From Trichoplax adhaerens (taxonomy: Eukaryota; Animalia; Placozoa): 64,000 nucleotides of DNA. A program made the position numbers and the translations under genes. The stretch covers positions 1 to 64,000 of the forward strand of contig NW_002060956.1 of NCBI RefSeq assembly GCF_000150275.1. The letters are read 5' to 3'. The notes under the pieces are model-generated. The model ran no database searches. It was not told where the DNA came from and saw nothing but the letters and a program-made list of their open reading frames with translations. Every line of letters begins with the position of its first letter. The stretch's first letter is position 1. Below are positions 40,325-52,800 of the stretch, piece after piece.

Positions 40325-40876
40325 TGTAATGTAACTTAGTATTGTGATTGTAGACTGTTAGCCATGCGTAGTATAATGTACGGTAGATATTTATCCTAAG
40401 AGATATTTGGTAGCTGTAACTATAGACTGTAGTGGTAGAGACTCTATGCTAGAGTACAGATGACTATATACAGTAAGCTGTTGAGTTACTAATATGGCTA
40501 TAGGTAAAAATAGAACTGTAAATCATTTATTAGGATATGGTTAATTCATTGTACTTTGGCTGAGGTGAATAATGTCTACGTAAGTACTGTAGTCGTATCC
40601 GTATTGGATTAATGATGGTCCGCAGTAGAATAGTCTTTCTAAGAATAGTTTAACTATGTGTAAAATAAGGTAAAAGGTTGCCATGCGGATTGTAGCAGCG
40701 AATGCTACGGAAAGTATAAAAGCATGCAACTTTAGATTATTCTGTTAGTTGGTTCTAGAAGTCTTTAGTAGTAGTATTCGGCTAAAGTAGAGCTGTGTGT
40801 AGTTAATCTTTGTATAAGATTCAATAAAGCCCTTATTTTTCTAAAATTTGGAATTTCGTGATTGGTATATATCACA
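40325..40876 (+). mobile_element. Solo LTR, family R3
   Basis: TGTA...CACA termini, TATCT/TATAT flanks, TATAAAA ~40715, AATAAA ~40823. Inverted copy of 16483-17034. Confidence 0.88.
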
Positions 40877-41486
40877 TATATATATCAAGAAATATAATAA
40901 TTCAGTTAAAATTGTTTACGATGCTTATTAAATGATCTTCACTGCCTTTATTGCCTAAGAAGATTTTAAAATATTCTATTTTAAAGAAAATTTATATTAT
41001 ATCAAGGCATGTATTGTTAAAGGTCTATACACAATTTCAGTTAGCTTCGAATATTAGTTACTACTTATTTATATCATCGAGAGTTATAGTAATGTGCATA
41101 GCTAGACGATTAGCAAATAGGAGCCTCAACTAAGCTAGTAATTCAATGGGATTTCTAATATTATATTCAATCCGTATAGTATAGGTACCTGTCACAAACT
41201 TATGTTGCGAACTACTACAATAAACTAATAGATTACTTATGCCTTGCTCCACTACACCTGGAGATCTACTGTATGGTAGTTCTTTACTACTTTCGGTCAC
41301 ACAGGGATAAGACTGTTCTAAAAGATTAGTATAGTTTTTATTAGTAGAGTAGCCTAGTACCTTCTCGTACACGATCTAATAAGGAACTCAGGAACTGAGC
41401 ATTCGCTCGTCCTTTTATACCATTCCACTAAATTTATGGTGCACACATAGTAACTTGACAATATAAGATTTACATGATTTGTATAC

Positions 41487-41563
41487 GCGATAATCGCACG
41501 ATAAGTGCGCGATAGTCACACGATAAATGCGCGATAATCACACGATAAATGCATGATAATCGT
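41487..41563. repeat. Minisatellite, ~3.5 x 22 bp (GCGATAATCACACGATAAATGC, two 11-bp subunits)
   Basis: Tandem units are directly visible. Confidence 0.85.
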
Positions 41564-42504
41564 ACGTACGTAGCGGGTGCTAACGTATCGCCATTATTAA
41601 TATCTACTGTATGTAGGCTCTACTAATTAATTGCAAATACAATTATGCCTTTTGTCGTCTAGCAATCTAGACATTAATATTATTAATTTCAATTACGCTT
41701 ACCAATATGATCCATTAGCTAAATACTGACAAAATCTATTTAATTAGCAAGTACGGTGCTTTGCTCCGTAACAGTACCATAACTACAGTAGTACTATTAA
41801 GTGCATCAAAATTATGCTAAAGCACCTAACATTATTAGAAAAAAGTATTACTAATTTAATATTTTAGTAACTCTATTTAAAAATAATAAATTATTATCAA
41901 TTACCTCTAACATTATCCACAGATGATGGAAATCGTACTGATATATCCTCTTTCAATAAATCTTTCATCTTGCAAACGGACTGGCATTATGTATACTAAT
42001 CAGTTGTGATCGTTCACTAGACCATTGAAAACAACATGCAAATGAATATAGCATAGCAAGAACAGAATAAAAAGGGACATTTGTTAGTCAGTAGGTCTGT
42101 AGGCACTTTTTAATTATTTTTAACTTCATGACAAGGTTTGGGAAAAATACCATAGCTTTCGTTAAATTCTTTAGCCAGAGTCATTTCTTTTAATTTTATT
42201 TTATAATTTAACCAGTTGATCAAATTGATCTTGAACTACTATGTTACATGCTTTAGAAGAGACAATAATTTGATAAATATTTAGGTGTTGCTTTCATTAT
42301 AGCTTTCTTAACAAGTCTAATCATGAAGACGAGTTAATTAATGACCAATCGGTTTATCTTATTTGAATGGCTTTTAAAAGAACTAGCCCATTGATTCGTT
42401 AGCCACATGTGCCCTTTACGAAAATCTTGAACGCTGTCGAATTCGCAAACTGTGAACAGCATTGTTTTGCTTCTTCCTTCCTGTTAGCTCCAAAATACTG
42501 GTAT

Positions 42505-43000
42505 AAGAATTAATTAAGAAAGGAACCCCCCCCCCCAAATTCAGTTAACACCTGAAACGAAGACTAGTATTAAAAGACTGAAGGAAGAAATCGGGAAAGA
42601 ACCAGTACTGCAGCTAATACAGCTCGGGCCATAATTTGTGTTACAGACTTACGCATCTGAGAGAGGAATATGAGTAGCAGCAAGTCAAACTGATGAAGAT
42701 TGAGAAGGGGGACCTGTGCTGTTTATGAGCAAGAAATTTCTAAAGCCAAGAAGAACAAATTCTACGATAGACAAAGAATGTATGGTGGTTGTGCAGGCTG
42801 TGAAGTCGTTCTACACTTATTTGAATGACCCAGAATTTTTCTTGCGGACCGAACAAAAGCCTTTAGTGTAGCTTATAAAAAGTGAAGAATAGCAATTAAA
42901 GACTAATGACATGGGCCATGTATCTGTGTCAATTCCGTATGAAGATACGATATCATCCAGGAAAAGAACATGGAAATGCAGGCGGACTCTCAAAGTTAAA
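42505..43000 (+). mobile_element. Decayed Ty3/gypsy pol fragment (RT connection and RNase H)
   Basis: Translation with stops/frameshifts: LKEEIGKEPVL..FVLQTYASERGI*VAASQ..PVLFMSKKF..STIDKECMVVVQAVKSFYTYLND.EFFLRTEQKPL..RLMTWAMYL.QFRMKIRYHPGKEHGNAGGLSK. This matches the gypsy RNase H pattern TDAS / SKKL / EKE.LA / TDH.PL / RW / Y.PGK.N.NAD.LS. Confidence 0.88.
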
Positions 43001-43046
43001 TGAAAGTTTTAGAACTGAAGCCGTTAACGAGTGTTAGTTTGATTGA

Positions 43047-43665
43047 TGTTATAATTTTCAAGGATATAAAAATTATAGAGGTGACCAATGTAGTGATACA
43101 TGCCATGTTTGATTATAATGATAGCTATATTTGGTAAACTTAGGTTACTAAGAATAGATGTTATCGTAATATTAATATTAGATGATTGCTAACTACTATA
43201 TTAGAAATAGTTGATAACTAATATTAGTTAGTTAACTAATTATGGTACAAAATTCATGTGACATGATATATGCTGTAATTATAAAGATGCCCAACACCGA
43301 TAGGTTTTGGACATTAACAGAAGAGTAGCTTATCTTAAGTGGAATGATTCGGATTATAGAAGATAATGATGTTCTATTTGAGGAAAAGTATTCTGTTTGA
43401 TGACTCAAATCTGATTGTAGTTAATTATGTTGTTATAAATGGATTTAACGCAATGTATTTAAGAACTGTGGAGATGAGCTCACATTAAAGACTTCTCTTC
43501 AATTTGAGTTCGGAATATTTTAGATTTTGGACTAGGTTCTTGTAGTAATTAATTTATTGCTCTATATTCTTAAAACCTTGTAATAAAGCCTTTTAAAAAT
43601 TCCATTTGGCAAAAGCAGGTATAGTGAGACACTTTTATTACATTTTTTGAACGTTGTGTGATACA
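43047..43665 (+). mobile_element. Possible LTR downstream of the gypsy fragment
   Basis: TGTTA...GATACA termini with TATAAA and AATAAA inside. No clear TSD. Confidence 0.35.
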
Positions 43666-44759
43666 TTAAATATTTGCTTCATTTCAAGAACTCTAATTTT
43701 GAATTTGAGAATTGCAAATTCTAGTTAAAACCCACCCATGGTTGTGGAGGGTAGCTGGAGAATTCCATAATTGCAATCATAGCAACACTATAATCTAAAT
43801 TTTTTAAGCTATAAACTGTCCTCAAGTAACTTTATTTCCTACGTGATATTTACATATTATTTTTAACTATTGCTATTGATAATTGAATTGAAAAATTAGG
43901 TCTACTTGTAAACTTAACATATTTGCCGTCCGTAAGGTAACCTAAACTGTAAAAGTTAAGTCAATGTAGACTGCAATGAGCCATGTAATATCGGAAAACT
44001 TGAATAAAATTTTTAAAATTTAGAAAGCCAATAATAAACCAAATAGTTGTTTAACGAGTTACTGATTTAATTTAAGTTCGTCCACAAGTATAGCAATATT
44101 ACAAAATTTCAGATGTATGTCACTATGTATTTATTAAGTATCGATGGGATTTATTTTCATAAAAAACGTTCCTCTACCGTAAATAATCATTTCTTAAGAA
44201 CGTGATATTACAGCACTATTTCAGTGCTATCAGCCTCTATAGCGACCTTAATTTCGAGATAAAATGATCAAGGTATAGCGCTATCTCACAAGCTGTAATT
44301 ATAAAAAAATAAATCTTGCTTCATTGTTTTACTATGACTGCTTTTTGATGTATGTCCTTTGAAGCTAATAAATCCTGCGTAATGTAAAGATTATAAAAAG
44401 TAACCTTAATCACTTAATTCTCTTATACTCTATTTCAATTTCCTGGTGCTATTTTTCTGTTTGTTAAAGTAGCAGTTTCTTCAAATAGCTAGTCATGCAA
44501 CTGAGTTGCAAATTACTACATCTATATAGCATAAAATTGCTGTGCTCTAAGAGCGAATGAAATGGAAATGATGAAGCAAACCCGACTGCTTAAATATCAA
44601 GTCATTTACCCCTGTCTTCGACTGTCCTTGACGAAGACAAAAATATAGGATTTGACTGGAGTCCTTATGGTAGTCCTGGAAAAAGTTCATCGTGTGAACG
44701 TACCTTAAGAACCCTTTCATTACGTGCTAACCTCATATTATATTATACTATAAGAGGTC

Positions 44760-45194
44760 TGTCACAAACCAGCTTCGTAACAAGGATAACTTAAAACAAA
44801 TCTCTAAATTACTATAGTCTCCGGGATTCAGTATCCCTACTCACAAGAATTTAGACGCCTTAGATTCTACATTAAACTCAACTAGACAATTGATAGCTAC
44901 TTTATTCAACTATCTAACGGGCTTATATACCCTTCTACACCAGCTAACATTCACGAGTCATATTATAAAATACTTAGGTGAGAACATCTACTAACTAATT
45001 TTTCACAGTCGGACTACAATATGTCCTTTTACAGAATCATTTCAGTGCACATTACAGCACAGCATTAAATTTACTGTAACACATCTATAATTAGAGTAAT
45101 TCCTATTGTAAGTAACTAGTTGTAATATATTATCACTATATTATATTAACCAAATTAAGATAGCCATTTCTTTACGGTAGTTCGTACACTGACA
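44760..45194 (-). mobile_element. Solo LTR, family R1
   Basis: TGTCAC...CTGACA termini, AGGTC/AGGTC TSD. Inverted copy of 4222-4656. Confidence 0.9.
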
Positions 45195-46846
45195 AGGTCA
45201 TAAAATCGAAACTGTCCAATATTAGTGAAAGAGTACCGGTACTGAAATTATAATATATATAATTAAAAACACAATTTCATATTATTATTTAAGTGCCGGT
45301 AGTACATCATATTGAAAGAAAGCTAATCACCGATTAAATCGAGGACTTGCATTGCTTAAGATATCACGAAATGGAAAATGTGTGGTAATAATATGACAAC
45401 AGCAAATGTAATCGCCATTAATGAAACATTTTCATTACCAGTATTTACTGTACTTATAAACATTGTTTCACTTATCTATTAAATATTCTATTACAGAACC
45501 AATGATTTATGGCTATAGAAACCAAAGTGAATAAAATTAAGTAGCAGTCTTTCCAACCTAAATACCCATAATACATTCAATTTACGGGTATAGTTGATAT
45601 AATGAGATTTTAAGATTAGCCTATCTAATATCTAACCGGCACTTTTTAAACTTTAAATATGTCTAGTATACAGCATAAAGTCTAAGCAACGCCGATGACA
45701 ATTTAACTGCGTAAACATGCCTAACCTTCCCTCTTAGATTAAATGCCGATTAATTCATAGCTTTAATATATTCATTTCGCACTATTAACAGTCATTAGGG
45801 TTGACAGTGCCCTTTCTAAAGCACCTATTCAAAATACTGAATAACTCATCGTACATTATCGGAAGTCCGATAGCTAAAATTTTGACTTTTTTATTTGCAT
45901 GCACTGCATAAGATACAATATTGTATCTTAACCTACTGAAGTTCAACTCTTAATTAAGACAGCTGACAGATAAAATCTTTTCCTTTACGGTATTTAGAAT
46001 TGAAATAATCGCTAAGAAATTACAGAGAATCGATCATATTTTGATAACAATTTCATCACATCACATGGAATTTCAGAGTGGCATAACGAAGGCATTAAAT
46101 ACTGTCTTGCATAACTGAGCAACTGAATGAAGCAATTTATAAGATATATGGCTACTTGGTATTGCATACTATGATACTTTATGAGCAATATAGATTTAAG
46201 CCCTGCAGGTGTTAGCCCTCTGGTACAATTGATTATAGAGCTTATAATAATTATAAACCACTATTTTCTAGGAATGATATTAGTTTAACATAATACATTA
46301 AGATTATATCTACGAGATCATCGATAATTTTAACAACAAACATTACACAGAGCAATTGACGTAGAAAATTGTTTGTGTGTTATGATCATCTATTTTTAAT
46401 TTTAAATAGCATACTAAGCGTTACAAATTTTATCAATACAATAAAATCTAGAAGAAGAAAATTGCTATAAATAATATTCTATATTCTATAATATGACTTA
46501 GTACATCAAATAATAAACCTTATAAATTGCATGAGTATTAAGGAGCATATAGGAAAAAATTACTGTAGTGCAGTAGACAATATCGTATGGACTCTGGCTT
46601 TACAATTGATTGATAATAACATGGTAGTTGACTAAATCTCGCAGCATTAATAAATAGAATTAGTATGGACACAGACTGCTGCATCCTAATAGGCTATGTT
46701 TCGTAGCTTATATATTCTATTTGCCAATACTATGAAAGATAATTATTGCGAGTGAAATTTCTTTTCTATAATTTACATCTCAGAAGACAGTATTAATTGC
46801 ATATTGTAGTGTAAAATAGCTTCAAAGGTCATTCCAATATGCCTAA

Positions 46847-49800
46847 TTAAAGATGACTAACAGCATCTGCCATATTGTTAACTGACAAGGCAGGATTATC
46901 GCACGCCGAAAGCAAGGTAGTAGCACTAAATGGAAAAAAATTAAATCATAATTCAAGACATTAATTATACCTCTTAATCCATGAGATAACCATCTTCGTA
47001 ATCAATAATGTCTACTTTAAAATACCACATATAAGAATAGCATTCTATGTCGTCATTTGACTGAAATATGTAATATAAAAAATATGTTTGTCCTAGTTTT
47101 TCTCACCTGTTCGATGAATCCTTTCTTACAAATTCTACAGCTATCAATACAGCAATAAGAATCAGAAGATTAATTTTAGAAAATTATTTAAAATGAATAC
47201 TTACGAATTATGAAACTAATAAATATTTCTTAACTAATTATCAGTAGTATGGATAAGCTAATATTTGCTGTAGTCTTAAAAATGTGATTATTATAAACCG
47301 ATAATTGCTAAATGAATAAATGAACAATTGTATTTGAGTCTGATACCTGCAGTCTTATTTTGACTGAATGGAAATCCTCCAATATTCTTGCATTCGTAAG
47401 ATGCATTGTCTGGAGAAATTGGACGCACTGATATTTTAGTAGTATGGCTGAAACGCGTGTTTCCGAGCTAAGTTAAAACGTCGCAAATAGATTAATACGT
47501 ATGTTAGAGTTCGATAAATGAAAGATAAATACGATAAAGTAGATTTTATTTATTCTAATTTAGTGTCGTATTCGCTAGTTAAGAATCTAAGCAATCTAAT
47601 TTCATCCCAAAGCTAAGCTATATAGTAGTACAGAACCGGCTTATCTTAAGACATTAAAAATTAGTAACAAGTCATACCCGAATATTTCTGCTACAATCGA
47701 CATTGGAGCGCATTGGAAAAATCATGGAACTAAGTTTGAACTTCTTCCGCATATAATCTTTTATCTAATAGTAATCGAATAAGTCATAATGTAAAGCAAC
47801 GTTGCTGCTATCAATTCTCATCATTTACTGCTATTTTAATATTATGACCTGTATAACTGCTCTTAGTATTTTATCGATATTTAGTAAGTAACTTGACAAG
47901 CTTTACTTTATCGCTGGAAGATTTCCCACTTTACTATACGTTTACAATTATAATTTATGTGTACATAAAAGAGATTAGAAAGCATGATCAATAACTTACC
48001 TCGCGATCTCGAAAGCAGTGAAAGTAAAAGATCAACAATCCCTTTACACCAAAGAAAATAACAAAATCATTAATAGCGTTAAATAAAGAGGACCAATACT
48101 TGGGGTGTACGGAAAGTTAACAGAAAGCTAACAAAAAATAAGATTATGAGTGCTAAACAGGCTAAAAGCATACCTGTGGACAGTTTAATATTGTAAACAA
48201 GTAAGCCAAGACAATATGGTTCGTAGCATAATACAAGATACCAAATATCCAAGATATACCAAAGAGAAAGACCAAGGAAGTTACAGCTTTTATTCCGACC
48301 CTACGCGAAATCGTTGAAAATACCCTGATTAGACTATCATATTACTTGTTGTTATACAACTATTAGGGAATACTTGCGCCTTTAATTTTTAATAAGGTCA
48401 AATTTACACTTTTTACAGCTACGTTTTACGGTTCTAATGTATATGATTATGTTAATGTAGTGTATTTAGAATATACTGTAACTATATTCTCCTCAAAAAT
48501 ATAGACATGTTGTATTGCTCTTATATTTAGACAGATCTACAGTCCGCTTACTCTACATTCATATATAGACTACTGTATTTAGTTATTACGGTACTCGCTG
48601 TTTTCTACAATCATCTGCTATTTTGTAACCTGTTATGGTATATGTTGTATCTAATTCCACAATCCTATTCTCTGCATGTGCTCTATCTTTAAAACTATAA
48701 ATACCGGCGATTTCTACCTCAGAGTTCGTTAGCCTCTCAGTTAGTCTTCTAGTTAGTCTCTCACAGTCTAATACTTCTACTCGTTACTCACGACAGCTTG
48801 CACGCTGATCTACCGTAACTACCTCACTGTACTTCACATTACTAACCTACAATAAAGCATAACTTTTATAAACCCTTGTTGTAATAATTGTAAATGGCGA
48901 CTAAATCTCAATCCTCTGAGATATTGAACCCTCCATCACAGTTAACATCTTAGCAATTAAATTCAGGAGGGATGAATTCTTTATCATACTTGAATTTTTG
49001 AATTTCGGACTTTCGGACCATAGCCTTAATAGAGAAAAGTGACCTAATAGCGGCAACTACTACCACCACGTTCCACTAAAATATCCGGTGAAGATAAAAA
49101 CTATTGAAATTTAGCCTAATGCTAGCGTAGACTATGTCACAAACTATATAGCTAAAACTGATTAATTGTAGATCAAAGACAAATTGATAATACTTTAAAT
49201 TTGCAAATACTGTACGAAGTAAATATTAAATATTGGTTAGCCTGTTGATAAGATACATTTTACTGATATTTCAAGCCTTGCATGAAATATGACTATCTTC
49301 ATTATCTCACCGCAACTATAAAAATAATTGGACCTACAAAGAACCACATTTGAGTAGTAGCATTTCGAATCCAGCAACTGTCAAAAGCGATGTTCAATTA
49401 ATTACATGTTAACAGATATATGAGTACACGATCATCGTTTATTCATGCTAAAAACTTACTAATCTCGATTACGATAGGCATCAATCCCAGTAGATGCGGA
49501 CACAGATACTACAATAGCTGGAGGTGCTAAGAGCCATTTACAAACATAAATAAAAAATACTTCAATTGTCTCAGCATTTGTATTAATAAATGACCTATGA
49601 TACAAATGTCAAACGAAATTACTTCTTACACTTTCTTAAATTAAATAGATTAATAATAATTATCGATAATCAATTTACTGTACTAACAGTAAATATTCAA
49701 TTTTAAAATAATATTACAGCTACTGCGATTTACGGATATATCTTTTATACGCACCCCAGCCGAAAATAAAGTAAACCCATCGAAGGTTCGGATCCATATT

Positions 49801-52800
49801 TTTGCGTACGGAAGAAATTTTGTGCAAAAGTAGTATGGCTTCCATCATCATCCACATTAAACTAGCCAAGTAGAAGAAATGCAACGTAATCGCAATGATG
49901 GTGCAAGTAACCTATTATTAAAAGAAAGTCACAATTATTTCATTATAGCCAATTCCAAGAATTCCAAGAAATCCAAGTGATGCTCTTGTAATAAATGTCA
50001 TCTTATACGTTGAACATATCTAGAAATAATAGTAATGCTGATCATTTGCACGCATAATATTATTTAATCATTAAGAGATCTTAAACTTATCATGATCAAT
50101 CTTTAGCAAGCTTGGTCTTTAAGTATCAGTAATACGTACTTAGAGAACAGATAGAGGCCGTGCATCCAAATTATCATAAATTTTATCACTCGTATTCTAA
50201 TATCTTATAATATCTTAAAATTTTTTTACAAGGCATTATTTTATTTATCAGCTTTCTATTAATGAGCAATTACCGGCAGGCTAGCTGCATTCATACCAGC
50301 TAAGAATCCACTAATACATATCAACATAGCAATAGCCAAATTCAGATGAATAAAGTTCTTTACCGTATGTAATTTCCTAGAATCAATTTTAAGAGAACTG
50401 TTCTGATTAAAAATTTATAGATAAATTAATTAATATAATACCCGTGCCGTTGTTACGGTACTGTCTTCCCGATTAAGTGATTATTGAATAGTGAATAATG
50501 AATACCTTAGAATAGTCTAGGTAAGGTCATATGTTATAATATTTAATTTTGCTAGCCTTGTACTATTTAATTCTTTACTATAGTAGNNNNNNNNNNNNNN
50601 NNNNNNNNNNNNNNNNNNNNNNNNNNNNNNNNNNNNNNNNNNNNNNNNNNNNNNNNNNNNNNNNNNNNNNNNNNNNNNNNNNNNNNNNNTATAGCTTGGA
50701 TTGTGATTGTAAGACTGTACGAGAGTAGTAGTACTCGTACGTTAGATTGTATGATTTTGAAGATATCTATTTGTAGAAGAGGTTTACATACGTATTGTCT
50801 TGATACTTTTGAGATGTTCATATTAAGATTTCGTGATAATAATAGATAACGCTAATTAAGGTAATACCGTGAGAGTTGCATTGTGGTGCTTTAATTAGAC
50901 GCGTGAATAATGAATAGCTCGCGCGATGATAAACTGTTATCTTGTGACTTAATTGGCTAGATATAATTGTAATGCGTAAAATTCATTCTGTAACAAAGGG
51001 TATATAAACCGCTAGCTTGCGCTATAAATATAGTCCAGAGGTAGTTCTATTGGAGCTAGTTAGTACTTGGTAGTTGTAAGGCTAACCTAATCTTATGTAA
51101 TAAAGTGAAGTTTACAAGAAACTGTAGTTCTTTTGTGTTTTTGAGAAGACACTTAATCACAAACGCGAAGAAAAGTGTTACACTTAATCAGTTGTCTGTG
51201 GAGTACCGCCGAGAAATCGAGTTCCCATATATCGCTGGCATAGAGACTGAAAAACTCTGGGATAGTAGTCCGATTTATTATACTTGCACTAGAGTTCTTG
51301 ACAAAAATCTTAGCTACAAGTAAGAGTTGCGACAGTAGTAAATGCTTTAGTTTTTCTCTAACTGTGTAATCACTTTCGTTTTATTTGCTATAATATAGTA
51401 GTCAACTATTATGGTAAAATACCAGGTAACTAACGTAACAATTCTATCCATTAATGGATTTTTTGCTTACTATTGCTTCACGACCGTTATCGCGCAGTGA
51501 TTTTTGCTTACTAATGCTTTTCTTATTTTCATCAGATAACAAATTTTGGTCTTTGTTGAGAACATCGCTATGAATGAAATCATATATTCTTATGTAAATA
51601 AATGCATAGTTAAATAATATTATCCAAGTAGTGATAATTAATATTTATGTAGGTTTACTGCAAATTGACTGATTTTTCGATGAAGTTAGAGTTCAGTTTT
51701 GCCCAAGAGAGACTAGTAATGCTACTGTTCGTCCCCATCAGGATTTAGTGTCGTACCGTAGGTAGATGTTATGACCATCTTTATTAGACTATAAAACGCT
51801 CTATTTACGGATTATACCTGTGTCTCGAACTAGTAGCTATAATATATTTGCTTAGAGGGCCTTGTCTTTAAAAATTGAGAATCAGAAGTTCAGTAATCAC
51901 GCTGCTATATATGTATCGCTCTTATTCCTACGACTGTTGACAGATTCCAAATAGGAGTCCCTAACTTCTCTTCAACATCTTAAGCAATTCAGTAACAAGA
52001 TATTCTGGACTAACAAGTTATAATCGTGAGCAGATAGTTTATGTAATAGTTCGTGTCAATATCAAACCTGGCACTGCAAAAGTTCATTACATAATTTTTA
52101 GCTATCGTACTCTTTACAAACCTGCTGCTAATCAATATCATTATCATCATCAATAAGGCGAATAGTGAAATAGAGTAGCCAATATAAGTGATATAGCGGA
52201 GGTAGGTATCGTGAGGCCCAATCAGCCCCTATAATCAAAACACGATCAATGATTTCATAGCACAACATTAAATCCGGACATATAATATCGTGATATGTTG
52301 TGTCATTATGTCTTCTAAAGTGTGTTGTTCGAAGAATGTCACTCAAAGAAAATACGCAATATGAAAGATTTAATACATAAAATTTATCTCGCTCTTAAGT
52401 TCCTTCATTAAAATGCAATTTACACGTAACTAGTATGCGAAGGCTTATTGAATCTCAACTTCTAGGATAATCCATAATCTACAGCTAGGTTTAATTCATG
52501 CAAAAGGCAAATGCCTTGATAAATCGATGTATTTCTATATTCTCATTAAACTGTTTGTATTTTACGAATATATTTATATCTGGTATCAATAAATATTTCT
52601 GATTTACCTTGGAGCCTTGCATAAGGACAGCGAAACTCGTAAAATGATTGGTTATGCAATGTACCGTGCTAGAATTATAACCTATCAAATCTGTTCCATA
52701 CTGCGACCATTGCCTGTAAACATGTTTTTAATTTAATAAAGTTTAATCAATACGATTAATATGAAAAATCAAGATCTTCACATTAAGAATTCCTTATTCT

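Noticed and set aside
41487-41563. CRISPR-like or iteron-like repeat
   Set aside because: Contiguous tandem units without spacers, eukaryotic context, no cas genes; an ordinary minisatellite.
44691-44708. Harbinger-like TIR (CGTGTGAACGTACC followed by TTAA)
   Set aside because: No matching opposite end found.
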